Part shown: piece after piece, positions 53,158 through 61,607 of the stretch | How positions within the stretch are numbered: position 1 is the first letter of the stretch | Layout of the letters: the number at the start of each line of letters is the position of its first letter | Assembly (NCBI GenBank): GCA_963748015.1 | Contig: CAVVHE010000004.1 | Span: 1,184,001-1,248,000 of the forward strand | Source of the DNA: Terriglobia bacterium | GTDB taxonomy: Bacteria > Acidobacteriota > Polarisedimenticolia > Polarisedimenticolales > JAIQFR01 | Reading direction: 5' to 3' | DNA length: 64,000 bases | The notes under the pieces: model-generated | The model's database searches: none | Told to the model about the DNA's origin: nothing | Seen by the model: the letters and a program-made list of their open reading frames with translations, nothing else | Made by a program: the position numbers and the translations under genes

Positions 53158-54312
53158 TCAGACCCTCCGCAGCGCGTCGACGATCTTGAGACGCACCGCC
53201 CCGACCGCCGGTGCGAGACCGGTGGCGACGCCCAGAAGCGCCACGATGCCGACCCCGATCAGGAGATCGCGGACCGGGAGGAAGAAGATCGGGAGCGCGC
53301 CGCCCGTCGGATCCCCCCGCTGGATCAGGATCCAGGCCAGCGCGAGCCCCAGGAGGCCGCCGATCGCCGACAGGAGCATCGACTCGGCCATCACGAGGCC
53401 GAGCACCTTGGCGTCCGAGAATCCCAGGGTCTTCAGCACGGCCAGCTCGCCCGTTCGCTCCCGGACCGATTGCGCCACGGTGTTCCCCGCCACGAGGAGG
53501 ATCGTGAAGAACACCGCGAGGAGGACCGCGCGGAGAATCGCGCCGATGTTCCCCACCTGGTTCGCGAACGCCTGGGCGAACGCCTTCTCCGTCGAGGTCT
53601 TCGTCTCGTAGGGCGAGTTGGCGAAGGTATCGTCGATCTTGCGCGCGACCTCGGCGGCGCGATCGGGATCCGCGATGCGCACGACGAACCACCCGACCTG
53701 CCCCTGGCCGAACGCCCGGGACTCCTCGAAGTAGTCGTACCGGAAGAAGAACTGCGTCGTGTCGGTCCCCTTCTCGGCCCCGTCGTAGATCCCGTCGAGC
53801 ACGAACTCCCAGGTCGCCGTCCCGTCCCTCTTCCGCCAGATCGTCGCCTGGATCGGAATGCGGTCGCCGATCTTCCAGCCGTACTTCTTCGCGATCTGGC
53901 GCCCGGCGATCGCCCCCGTGCGGTCGGCGAGCCAGGCCTTCATCTGGTCCGCTGGAACCCGGTACTCGGGATAGAGGTCGAAGAACCGTTCCGGCTCGAC
54001 CACCATCTGGGGGAAGAAGTTCTTCGGGTCCTGGTAGATCCCACCGAACCAGGTGGAATGAGTCACGGCCTCGACGCCGGCGACCGACTCGATCCTCTGC
54101 TTGTAGCTCACGGGCAGCAGCTGGATCAGGGAGACGCGGTGGAGCGTCAGCAGCCGGTCGGCCCCCGTCAGCTCGATACCCCCCTCGAACGCCTGCCGGA
54201 TCGCCCCGAGATAGCCGAAGAGCAGGAACGCGACGAGGATCGACAGCAGGGTGAATATCGTTCGCGTCTTCTTCCGCAGGAGGCTCCGCCAGACGAGGGG
54301 GAAGTACTTCAT
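53158..54312 (-). CDS. ABC transporter permease (MacB/FtsX type)
   Basis: MKYFPLVWRSLLRKKTRT; SVRERTGELAVLKTLGF. Confidence 0.9.
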   Translation of the reverse strand: MKYFPLVWRSLLRKKTRTIFTLLSILVAFLLFGYLGAIRQAFEGGIELTGADRLLTLHRVSLIQLLPVSYKQRIESVAGVEAVTHSTWFGGIYQDPKNFFPQMVVEPERFFDLYPEYRVPADQMKAWLADRTGAIAGRQIAKKYGWKIGDRIPIQATIWRKRDGTATWEFVLDGIYDGAEKGTDTTQFFFRYDYFEESRAFGQGQVGWFVVRIADPDRAAEVARKIDDTFANSPYETKTSTEKAFAQAFANQVGNIGAILRAVLLAVFFTILLVAGNTVAQSVRERTGELAVLKTLGFSDAKVLGLVMAESMLLSAIGGLLGLALAWILIQRGDPTGGALPIFFLPVRDLLIGVGIVALLGVATGLAPAVGAVRLKIVDALRRV

Positions 54313-55006
54313 TCGGCCCCCCCGCCGCTCAGCATCCCCTTGTCCAGCACGAGACGGCGCCGCGCTCGGTCGGCCGCGTGCGGGTCGTGGGTCACCATCA
54401 CGATCGTCTTGCCGAACTTGCCGTTCAGCGCCTGGAGGAGATCGAGGATCTCGTCGCCGGACTTGCGATCGAGATCGCCGGTGGGCTCGTCGCACAGCAG
54501 GAGCGTCGGATCGGTGACGATGGCCCGCGCGATCCCCACCCGCTGTTCCTGCCCGCCGGAGAGCTGCCGGGGATAGTGCTTCGCGCGGTCGCCGAGCCCC
54601 ACGACACCCAGCGCCGACTCCACGTGGGCCTTCCTCTCCGCCCGTGACAGGCCCGTCAGGAGCAGCGGCAGCTCCACGTTCCGCTCGGCGGTCAGCACCG
54701 GCAGCAGGTTGTAGAGCTGGAACACGAACCCGACGTGCCGCGCGCGCCAGCGCGCGAGGTCGCCGGCCGACATCCGGTCGATCCGCTCGCCCCCGATCTC
54801 GACGGAGCCCTTCGTCGGCACGTCGAGGCCTCCGAGCAGGTTGAGGAGGGTGGTCTTCCCGGACCCCGACGGCCCCATCAGCGCGAGGAAGTCCCCCTTG
54901 GGGATGTCGAGGTGGACGCCCTGGAGCACGTCGATCCGCTCTCCCCGCGGCGGTACTCCTTGTGCAGGTCCTTCACGCGAACGAGAACCCCGTCGTCGGC
55001 CGCCAT
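54309..55006 (-). CDS. ABC transporter ATP-binding protein, frameshifted at G4 run (54943-54946)
   Basis: GPSGSGKTT, LSGGQEQR, DEPTGDLD, VTHD; N-terminus MAADDGVLVRVKDLHKEYRRG in adjacent frame (one base short). Confidence 0.9.
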
Positions 55007-55023
55007 GCTCCCCTCCGCTCCGC

Positions 55024-56254
55024 TCAACGCGCCACGGCGCGCGCGCCGTCGCCGAGGCCCTGCGGCCCCTCGACCACGACACGTTCGCCCGCCGCGACCC
55101 CTCCCACGATCTCGACATCGCTTCCCGACGCGGTCCCGGTCTTGACGGCCCGGCGCTCGAGCCGGCCGTTCGCGAGAACGAACACCACGTCGCGGTCGCC
55201 GTCGCGCCGCACCGCCGCCTGCGGAACGTAGTGACGCGGGGCCGACGCTCGCGCCCCGTCTTGCGCGCCCGACAGGAACGCCACCTTGACCCCCATGTCC
55301 GGCAGGATCCTCGGGTCGGGGCCGTCGAACGCGATCCGGACCCTCACCGTGGCCTTCTGGCGGTCCGCGGTCGGGATCACCGCGATCACGGAGGCCGGGA
55401 TACGCCAGTCGGGGTAGGCGTCGAGAATCGCCTCGACCCGCTGCTTCGGCTCGACGCGCTGGATGTAGCTCTCGCCGACGTCCACCTCGATCTCGAGCGA
55501 CGCCATGTCCACGACGGTGCAGATCCCGGTCCGCGTGAACCCGCCTCCCGCGGAGATCGGCGAGATCATCTCGCCGGGTTGCGCGTCCTTGGACACCACG
55601 ACGCCCGCGAAAGGCGCGCGGACGACGGTGTCCTCGAGCTCCTGGCGCGCGGATCGCGACGCCCCGCTCCGCGACCTTCACCTGCTCGCGCTCGAAGCCG
55701 AGGCGCGCGTCGAGGGCGTCGTGCTCCGCCTTGGCGGCGTCGAGATCGGCCTTGCTCGAGACCTCCTGCGCCACGAGATCGCTCGTCCGCCGCAGGTTCG
55801 CCGCCGCGAGCGTCAGCCTGGCCTCGGTCTCGGCCAGGGACGCCTTCGCGGAATCGCGCTGCGCCTCTTCGAGCGCGAGCGCGCGCCTCGCAAGAGAGTC
55901 GTCGAGGCGCGCGAGCACCTGCCCCTCGCGGATCGCCATCCCCTCCTCGACGTGGACCTCGGTGACCTTTCCCGTGATCTTCGCCGAAATGGTCGCGCGG
56001 CGGCGCGCGGTGACGTAGCCGGAGGCGTTCAGCACCGCCGCGGATTCCGAGCCCGCGAGCTCGCGCACCGGGGCGACCGTCACGGACGCGACGGCGCGCG
56101 CCGACGCCCACCACCAGCCCGCGGCGGCGACGACGACCACCGCCAGGGCCAGGATGGCCCAGAGACCGAGGCGGCCCCGCGAGCCGCCTCCTCTCTCCTC
56201 GCGCTCGATCCTCAGGGAGGAGAGGTCGTGCGGCGGCTGTTTGGCATCTCCCAT
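55024..56254 (-). CDS. Efflux RND/MacA-type periplasmic adaptor subunit, frameshifted near 55645-55652
   Basis: TM anchor, LNASGYV, ISAKITGKV..V.VEEG; C-terminal VRAPFAGVV...EVDVGE in another frame (one extra base). Confidence 0.88.
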
Positions 56255-56285
56255 CGGGAACTCCTGCGCCGGGGACCGGCTCCGC

Positions 56286-57605
56286 TCAGGCTCCGACCAT
56301 CCGGGCGAGCCACGAGCCCGGCTTGAGGATGCTCTGGCTGCGATCGGGCCCCACGCTCACGAGACCGATCTCGGCGCCGATCACCCGGCTCAGCCGGTCG
56401 AGATAGCTCCTCGCTTCCGCGGGTAGGTCTTCCCAACGGCGGGCGCCCGTCGTGTCCCGCTTCCAGCCGGGCAGCGTCTCGAGCACGGGCTCGACACGGT
56501 CGGTGTCCGTGCACGACGCGGGCAGCGAGCGGATCAGGGCGCCGTCGAGCCGGTAGCCGGTGCAGATCCGGATCTCCTCGAAGTCGTCCAGCACGTCGAG
56601 CAGCATGATGCACGCCGCGTCGAACCGGTTGAGGCGCTGGGCGTAGGCCGCGGCGGCGCCGTCGAACCAGCCGCAGCGCCGCGGGCGCCCGGTCGTCGTG
56701 CCGTACTCGCGCCCCCGGGTCCTGATCCGCTGCCCGATCCCCTCCGGGCCGTCGGCCAGCTCCGTCGGCATCGGTCCGTCTCCGACCCGCGTCGTGTAAG
56801 CCTTGAACACGCCGACGATCCCGTCCACGCGCGTCGGCGAGACGCCGAGGCCGGTGCACAACCCTCCCGCCGAGGTGTTCGACGACGTGACGAACGGGTA
56901 CGAGCCGTGGTCGAGGTCGAGCAGGGTCCCCTGCGCCCCCTCGAACAGCACGCTCTTCCCCTCGTCCATCCAGGTGTTCAGCAGCAGGGAGGTGTCGGCG
57001 ACGAAGGGCTCGAGGCGCCGCCACGGCTCGCGAGTGCGGCCCACGAGGGCGTCGAGGTCGAGCGCCGGCTCGCCGGGGCCGAGGAGCCTGCCGAGCCTCG
57101 CCTCCACGAGCGCCAGAAGGCGCGCCGCCAGCGTGTCGGCGTGCGCGAGATCGGCCAGGCGGATTCCGAGCCTCGCGGCCTTCGCCTCGTAGGCCGGCCC
57201 GATTCCCTTCCTCGTCGTGCCGATCCGCGTGCCGCCGGAGCCGGCCGAGGTCTCCGCCAGCTCGTCGATGCGGGCCATCTCGGGGAGGATCACGTGCGCG
57301 CGGTCGCTGATGTGGAGGCGGCCCTCGAGCTCCACCCCCGCGGCGGCGAGCCCGTCCATCTCGCCGAGGAGGCTAGCGAGGTCGAGGACCGTGCCGTTGC
57401 CGATGACGATCCGGACGTCCGGACGAAACGCCCCCGACGGAATGTGGTGCAGGGCGTGGCGGCGTCCGCCGATCGTGACCGTATGGCCGGCGTTCGGCCC
57501 TCCCTGGTAGCGGGCGACGGCGTCGAAGCGCTCGGAGAGGAGGTCGACGACCTTCCCCTTCCCCTCGTCTCCCCACTGGGCTCCGATTACGGCGACGTTT
57601 GGCAT
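56286..57605 (-). CDS. purA: Adenylosuccinate synthetase
   Basis: GAQWGDEGKGK, GGPNAGHT, EGAQG, YPFVTSS, EYGTTTGRPRRCGWFD. Confidence 0.98.
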   Translation of the reverse strand: MPNVAVIGAQWGDEGKGKVVDLLSERFDAVARYQGGPNAGHTVTIGGRRHALHHIPSGAFRPDVRIVIGNGTVLDLASLLGEMDGLAAAGVELEGRLHISDRAHVILPEMARIDELAETSAGSGGTRIGTTRKGIGPAYEAKAARLGIRLADLAHADTLAARLLALVEARLGRLLGPGEPALDLDALVGRTREPWRRLEPFVADTSLLLNTWMDEGKSVLFEGAQGTLLDLDHGSYPFVTSSNTSAGGLCTGLGVSPTRVDGIVGVFKAYTTRVGDGPMPTELADGPEGIGQRIRTRGREYGTTTGRPRRCGWFDGAAAAYAQRLNRFDAACIMLLDVLDDFEEIRICTGYRLDGALIRSLPASCTDTDRVEPVLETLPGWKRDTTGARRWEDLPAEARSYLDRLSRVIGAEIGLVSVGPDRSQSILKPGSWLARMVGA

Positions 57606-57627
57606 GGGCTATCCGGAAGGGCGGGCG

Positions 57628-58179
57628 TCAAGAGGCACCCGTCGCGGGCAGGATGGACTGCACGCGAGCTACCAGCGTCTCCTCGAGTTTCTCCTTGTCG
57701 AGGAACCCGCGGGCGCCGAGCTGCTGGAGGAAGGCGATCACGTTGTCTCGATAGACGCCGCTCATCGCGAGGACCGGCGTGTCCTTGATCCGTTCGTCCT
57801 GCACGATCTCCCTCAGGACGTCGAAGCCCGTCAGGCGCGGCATCAGGAGATCGAGGAGCACCAGGTCGGGATGCCCCTCGCGGAGGACGCGCAGCGCCTC
57901 CGCGCCGTCCGCGGCCACGAGCACGTTGTATCCCGCCTCCGTGAGGAGCTTCTCCGCCACGGAGGCCACCTTTTCGCTGTCGTCCGCCACGAGGACCGTC
58001 CGCCGGCGCGTCAGGGTCCGGTACGAGCCCGAGGAGGACGACGTCTTCACCTCGTCCATCTCGAGGTCGATGCGCACGATCGTCCGGCAGCCGGGGCAGA
58101 GGTACTTCACGACCCGCTCCGCCGGGCCATAGCCGACCAGGCGGAACTCGGTCCTGCACTGCGGACAACGGACGAGCAC
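57628..58179 (-). CDS. Zinc-ribbon (CPQC/CPGC) plus response-regulator receiver protein
   Basis: MLVRCPQC...CPGC; VLVADD, LLDLLMP. Confidence 0.85.
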   Translation of the reverse strand: MLVRCPQCRTEFRLVGYGPAERVVKYLCPGCRTIVRIDLEMDEVKTSSSSGSYRTLTRRRTVLVADDSEKVASVAEKLLTEAGYNVLVAADGAEALRVLREGHPDLVLLDLLMPRLTGFDVLREIVQDERIKDTPVLAMSGVYRDNVIAFLQQLGARGFLDKEKLEETLVARVQSILPATGAS

Positions 58180-58296
58180 GCCGCGCCTCGGACGGGCCCC
58201 CGCGCGCCCGTCGGCAAAGGCGGAAGTATATCACCCGGGAACGCCGGACTTCGGCGCCCGGCGGCGCGGAAGGCGCCTTTCCGAACCGCTCCGGGT

Positions 58297-58372
58297 TGGT
58301 GGACGGCAAGGGATTCGAACCCTCGACCCCGGCGTTGCGAACGCCGTGCTCTCCCAGCTGAGCTAGCCGCCC
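58297..58372 (-). tRNA. tRNA-Ala (CGC)
   Basis: GGGCGGCTAGCTCAGCTGGGAGAGC...TTCGCAA loop...GGTTCGAATCCC...ACCA. Confidence 0.97.
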
Positions 58373-58388
58373 AAGAATCGTCCCGGCC

Positions 58389-58463
58389 TGGTGGGGCGTG
58401 CAGGATTTGAACCTGCGACTTCCACCGTGTGAAGATGGCACTCTACCGCTGAGTTAACGCCCC
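58389..58463 (-). tRNA. tRNA-Val (CAC)
   Basis: GGGGCGTTAACTCAGCGGTAGAGT...TTCACAC loop...GGTTCAAATCC...ACCA. Confidence 0.97.
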
Positions 58464-58496
58464 TGCCCACGATCCAAATCGTCGGGCAAGCGCGAA

Positions 58497-58526
58497 CTTA
58501 TAGCACAGGCGTTTTGCCGACGGCAA
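58497..58526 (-). promoter_or_regulatory. Putative sigma70 promoter of tRNA-Val/tRNA-Ala
   Basis: TTGCCG-18 bp-TATAAG with extended -10 TG. Confidence 0.6.
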
Positions 58527-58547
58527 ATGGCACCGACGCGCCCCATC

Positions 58548-59519
58548 CTAGACCAGATACCGCTCGGGGTCGCGCTCCGGTGGAACGGAGAGGCGGCGCT
58601 CCTCGTTCCCGCGCCGGTAAACGACCTCCACGAGGGACGAATCCCGGCCCGCCCCGTAACGGGCCGCCAGGCCGGCCGCTCGAGCCAGGCCGGCCTCGGG
58701 CGCCTCCCCCTCGAGGGCGACGATCGCCCCACCCCCCTGGCAGCGGCAGGTCCAGAGCCCCTCGGACAGCCCGGCGAGACGACTCCCTTCCTCGTCGTTC
58801 CGCGCGACGATCGCCTTGAGCGCGTGCGAGAGCCTGAAGTGGCGGCCGAGCCGGAGGCGCGCCAGCGCCTCCCTTCCGGGGTACGCCGTGCCGGAGTGGG
58901 ACAGCAGATCGCGCAGGCGCCTCGAGAACCCCGCGTCCGCGAGGAGGCAACAGCCGCTGCCCGGGGCGGGCCAGTCGCGGATGCCGAGACCCCGGGCCAA
59001 CTCGAGCTGCCCCGATCGGGAGCGCCCGTGGATGGCCCCGAGCCGGTTCCGGTCGAGGCGGCCCTCGGTCTCGGCCTCGGTCGGGGGGAGATGCGCCGCG
59101 GACAGCGGCCGCAGCAGCCGGCCGGCCAGCCCGGACTCGCGCTCGATCCGCTCGAGCGACTCCCTTCGCTGGCTCATTCGGCTCTGCCCGAGCACCTCCC
59201 CGGTCACGACGAGGGCGGCCCCGCGCCCGTCCGCCAGCCTCGCGGCGTGCCGCAGCATGAAGATCCGGCAGTCGATGCACGGGTTCATGCCGCTGCCGTA
59301 TCCGTGCTTCGGGCGGACGACGACGGTCTCGAAGTGCTCCGCGGCGACGTCGACGACCGTCACGCAGAGATCCGACGCGCCGCGCGCGGCCTCCGTCCGC
59401 TCCTCGCGCAGGAACGCGGTGACGAAGTGGACCGCCTCGGTCTCGAGCCCCTGCTCCGCGACGAGGCGCGCGGCGAGGCGGCCGTCGAGCCCGCCCGACA
59501 GGAGGGCAAGGGCCTTCAC
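58548..59519 (-). CDS. PP-loop tRNA thiolase-like protein (ThiI/MnmA-related) with C-terminal RNA-binding-like domain
   Basis: KALALLSGGLDG, NPCIDCRIFM, TGEVLGQSRMSQ, LLRPLSA, GRSR..Q, GCCLL, GRHFRL; GTG start 59519. Confidence 0.8.
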   Translation of the reverse strand: MKALALLSGGLDGRLAARLVAEQGLETEAVHFVTAFLREERTEAARGASDLCVTVVDVAAEHFETVVVRPKHGYGSGMNPCIDCRIFMLRHAARLADGRGAALVVTGEVLGQSRMSQRRESLERIERESGLAGRLLRPLSAAHLPPTEAETEGRLDRNRLGAIHGRSRSGQLELARGLGIRDWPAPGSGCCLLADAGFSRRLRDLLSHSGTAYPGREALARLRLGRHFRLSHALKAIVARNDEEGSRLAGLSEGLWTCRCQGGGAIVALEGEAPEAGLARAAGLAARYGAGRDSSLVEVVYRRGNEERRLSVPPERDPERYLV

Positions 59520-59600
59520 GGTTTCCTCCGGATCGACCGAGCCGCCATGCCGTGAGGGTAGCATCCGCGGCCCCGGAACGACGGCCGGGCCGGGCGCCCC

Positions 59601-59628
59601 TTGACCCGTCACCCCAGGTACCTATATT
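59601..59628 (+). promoter_or_regulatory. Putative sigma70 promoter
   Basis: TTGACC-16 bp-TATATT upstream of the GGDEF-domain gene. Confidence 0.45.
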
Positions 59629-59700
59629 TTCCGCCCTCCTGCCCCGCTTCGTCCGGCCAAGCTGCCGGCGGGGTCCGGCGGACGGGAGTGTGGCGAGCGC

Positions 59701-61008
59701 ATGCAGCCGGTCCGGCCTCGTGGCAACGTCCTGGTCTTCACCGCGGATCGCGAGTCGGGCGAGCGCCTCTGCCGGTGGATCGGCGCCGCCGGCGAGGAGC
59801 CGGTTCTCCTGGCGGGCCCCGAGAAGTTCCTCGTGGGCCGGGGCGACGACGAGACGGTCGACCTGGTGATCACCGACCTCGACACCGACGACCCGGCATC
59901 CCGGGCGCTCTTCGACCGGATCCTCTCCGGCGACCTGTTCTCGAGGATCCCGCAGCTCCACGTGATCCGCGACCTCGAGCTTCGTCAGGAGCTCCATCTC
60001 AAGAACCCGACGCTCGCGGCGCTGACCCTGGTGCATCCGCCGGAGGCGGGAGATTTCCAGGGACGGGTGCGACTGTCCACCGAGATCGGCCGGCTCCGGC
60101 GCTCTCTGCAGCAAAACGCCATTCGCGACACGCTGACCGGTCTCTACAACCGGCAGCACCTGTACTACCGCCTCGGCGAGGAATTCTCCCGGTCCCGCCG
60201 TTACCGGAGCCCGCTGTCCTTCGTCCTCTTCGACATCGACCAGCTGAAGAGCATCAACGACTCCCTAGGACAGGCGTCCGGAGACTCGGTGATCCACCAG
60301 GTCGCCGAGGTCCTGCGCCACCAGGTGCGCCGGGAGGACGTCCTCGGCAGGACCGGCGAGGAGTCGTTCGGCACGATCCTTCCCGGCAACCGGTACCGGG
60401 GCGCCGCGGTGTTCGCGAGCAAGATCCGGACGCACACGGAGGAGATCCTGCTCCGCCACGAGGGGAGCAGGTTCCAGGTCCGCGTTTCCGCGGGGATATC
60501 GAGCTATCCCGACAACCGCGCGATCCGCTCCGCGGAAGACCTCGTCCGCGCCACCGAGAACGCGCTGGCCGAGGCCAAGGCACGCGGCGGCAACCGCGTG
60601 TTCATCGACGAGGCGGTGCTGAGACACGAGCGGCGCGTGATCCTCGTCGCGGACACCGACCGGACGCTGCTCGATCTCGCCGAGGATCTCCTGTCGATGG
60701 ACGACTACCGCGTCCTGCGCGCGGAGTCCGCGGGCGCGGTCGAAGAGGCGCTGCGTTACCGGAGGCCGGACCTCCTCGTCCTCGACCTCAAGATGGCGGA
60801 CAGCGACGGCGGCACCCCGCTGATCGAGAGAATCCAGGGGCTGTTCCCGGGAACGCGGATCCCGATCATCGGACTCTCCTCCGACCCGGACGCGGACCCC
60901 GAGCGTCTGACCCACCTCGGCGTGGACCGCTTCATCACCAAGCCGTTCAGCCTGAGCCTCCTTCGAAGCGTCGCCCGCGAGCTCCTCGACGCCTACCGGC
61001 AGGGTTGA
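59701..61008 (+). CDS. REC-like/degenerate GGDEF/REC protein
   Basis: DTLTGLYNR, FDIDQLKSINDSLG, RRED I-site, GEESF in place of GG(D/E)EF; C-terminal receiver VLDLKM...FITKPF. Confidence 0.88.
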   Translation: MQPVRPRGNVLVFTADRESGERLCRWIGAAGEEPVLLAGPEKFLVGRGDDETVDLVITDLDTDDPASRALFDRILSGDLFSRIPQLHVIRDLELRQELHLKNPTLAALTLVHPPEAGDFQGRVRLSTEIGRLRRSLQQNAIRDTLTGLYNRQHLYYRLGEEFSRSRRYRSPLSFVLFDIDQLKSINDSLGQASGDSVIHQVAEVLRHQVRREDVLGRTGEESFGTILPGNRYRGAAVFASKIRTHTEEILLRHEGSRFQVRVSAGISSYPDNRAIRSAEDLVRATENALAEAKARGGNRVFIDEAVLRHERRVILVADTDRTLLDLAEDLLSMDDYRVLRAESAGAVEEALRYRRPDLLVLDLKMADSDGGTPLIERIQGLFPGTRIPIIGLSSDPDADPERLTHLGVDRFITKPFSLSLLRSVARELLDAYRQG

Positions 61009-61052
61009 GACGGGGCGGTCCCGGGCGATCGTCCTCCGCGAGGTCTCGTCGT

Positions 61053-61081
61053 TTGACACCGAGCGCTCCGGCGCCCTATCC
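61053..61081 (+). promoter_or_regulatory. Putative sigma70 promoter
   Basis: TTGACA-17 bp-TATCCT. Confidence 0.55.
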
Positions 61082-61099
61082 TCGCGGTGGAGGGATGGC

Positions 61100-61588
61100 G
61101 TGAGCCGCTTCGCCCGAAGCAGCGAGAGCTTGGTGCGCGTGGGGCTCCGGTCGGCGCTCGCGCTCCTGATCGTTTCGTCCGCTCTCCTCTCGCAAGGGCC
61201 AGGGTATGCCGCGACCGGCGAGGAGGAAGCGCGAAAATCGGCGCGCCTGTTCGGCCAGGCGCTCACCAGCGGCCAGGCTTCGCTGCTGCGCTCGATCCTC
61301 CCGGCCGGCGGGAAGATCCACCTCGCCGTGTCCCGCCTCGTTCCCGAGGAGGGGTACTTCGGAGCCAGCCAGGTCGAAGCGCTCATCGGCGATTTCCTGT
61401 CGCAGGGCTCGGTCCGCTCCTTCGAGCTGCTGCGCCTCGAGTCGGACGGAAAGACCAACGCGCTGGCCCACGCGCGCGCGGTCCTGACGGACCGGCAGGG
61501 TCGCCCCGCGCGCCTCGGCATCCACCTCTCGTTCCAGACCGAGGAAGACCGCTGGGTCCTCAGGGAGATCAAGGAAACCCTCGAATGA
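61100..61588 (+). CDS. Secreted hypothetical protein (DUF4783/NTF2-like resemblance)
   Basis: Signal peptide; EGYFGASQVEALIGDFL and terminal WVLREI pattern. Confidence 0.6.
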   Translation: MSRFARSSESLVRVGLRSALALLIVSSALLSQGPGYAATGEEEARKSARLFGQALTSGQASLLRSILPAGGKIHLAVSRLVPEEGYFGASQVEALIGDFLSQGSVRSFELLRLESDGKTNALAHARAVLTDRQGRPARLGIHLSFQTEEDRWVLREIKETLE

Positions 61589-61607
61589 GCGAGGGTCGGA
61601 TCGGCGA

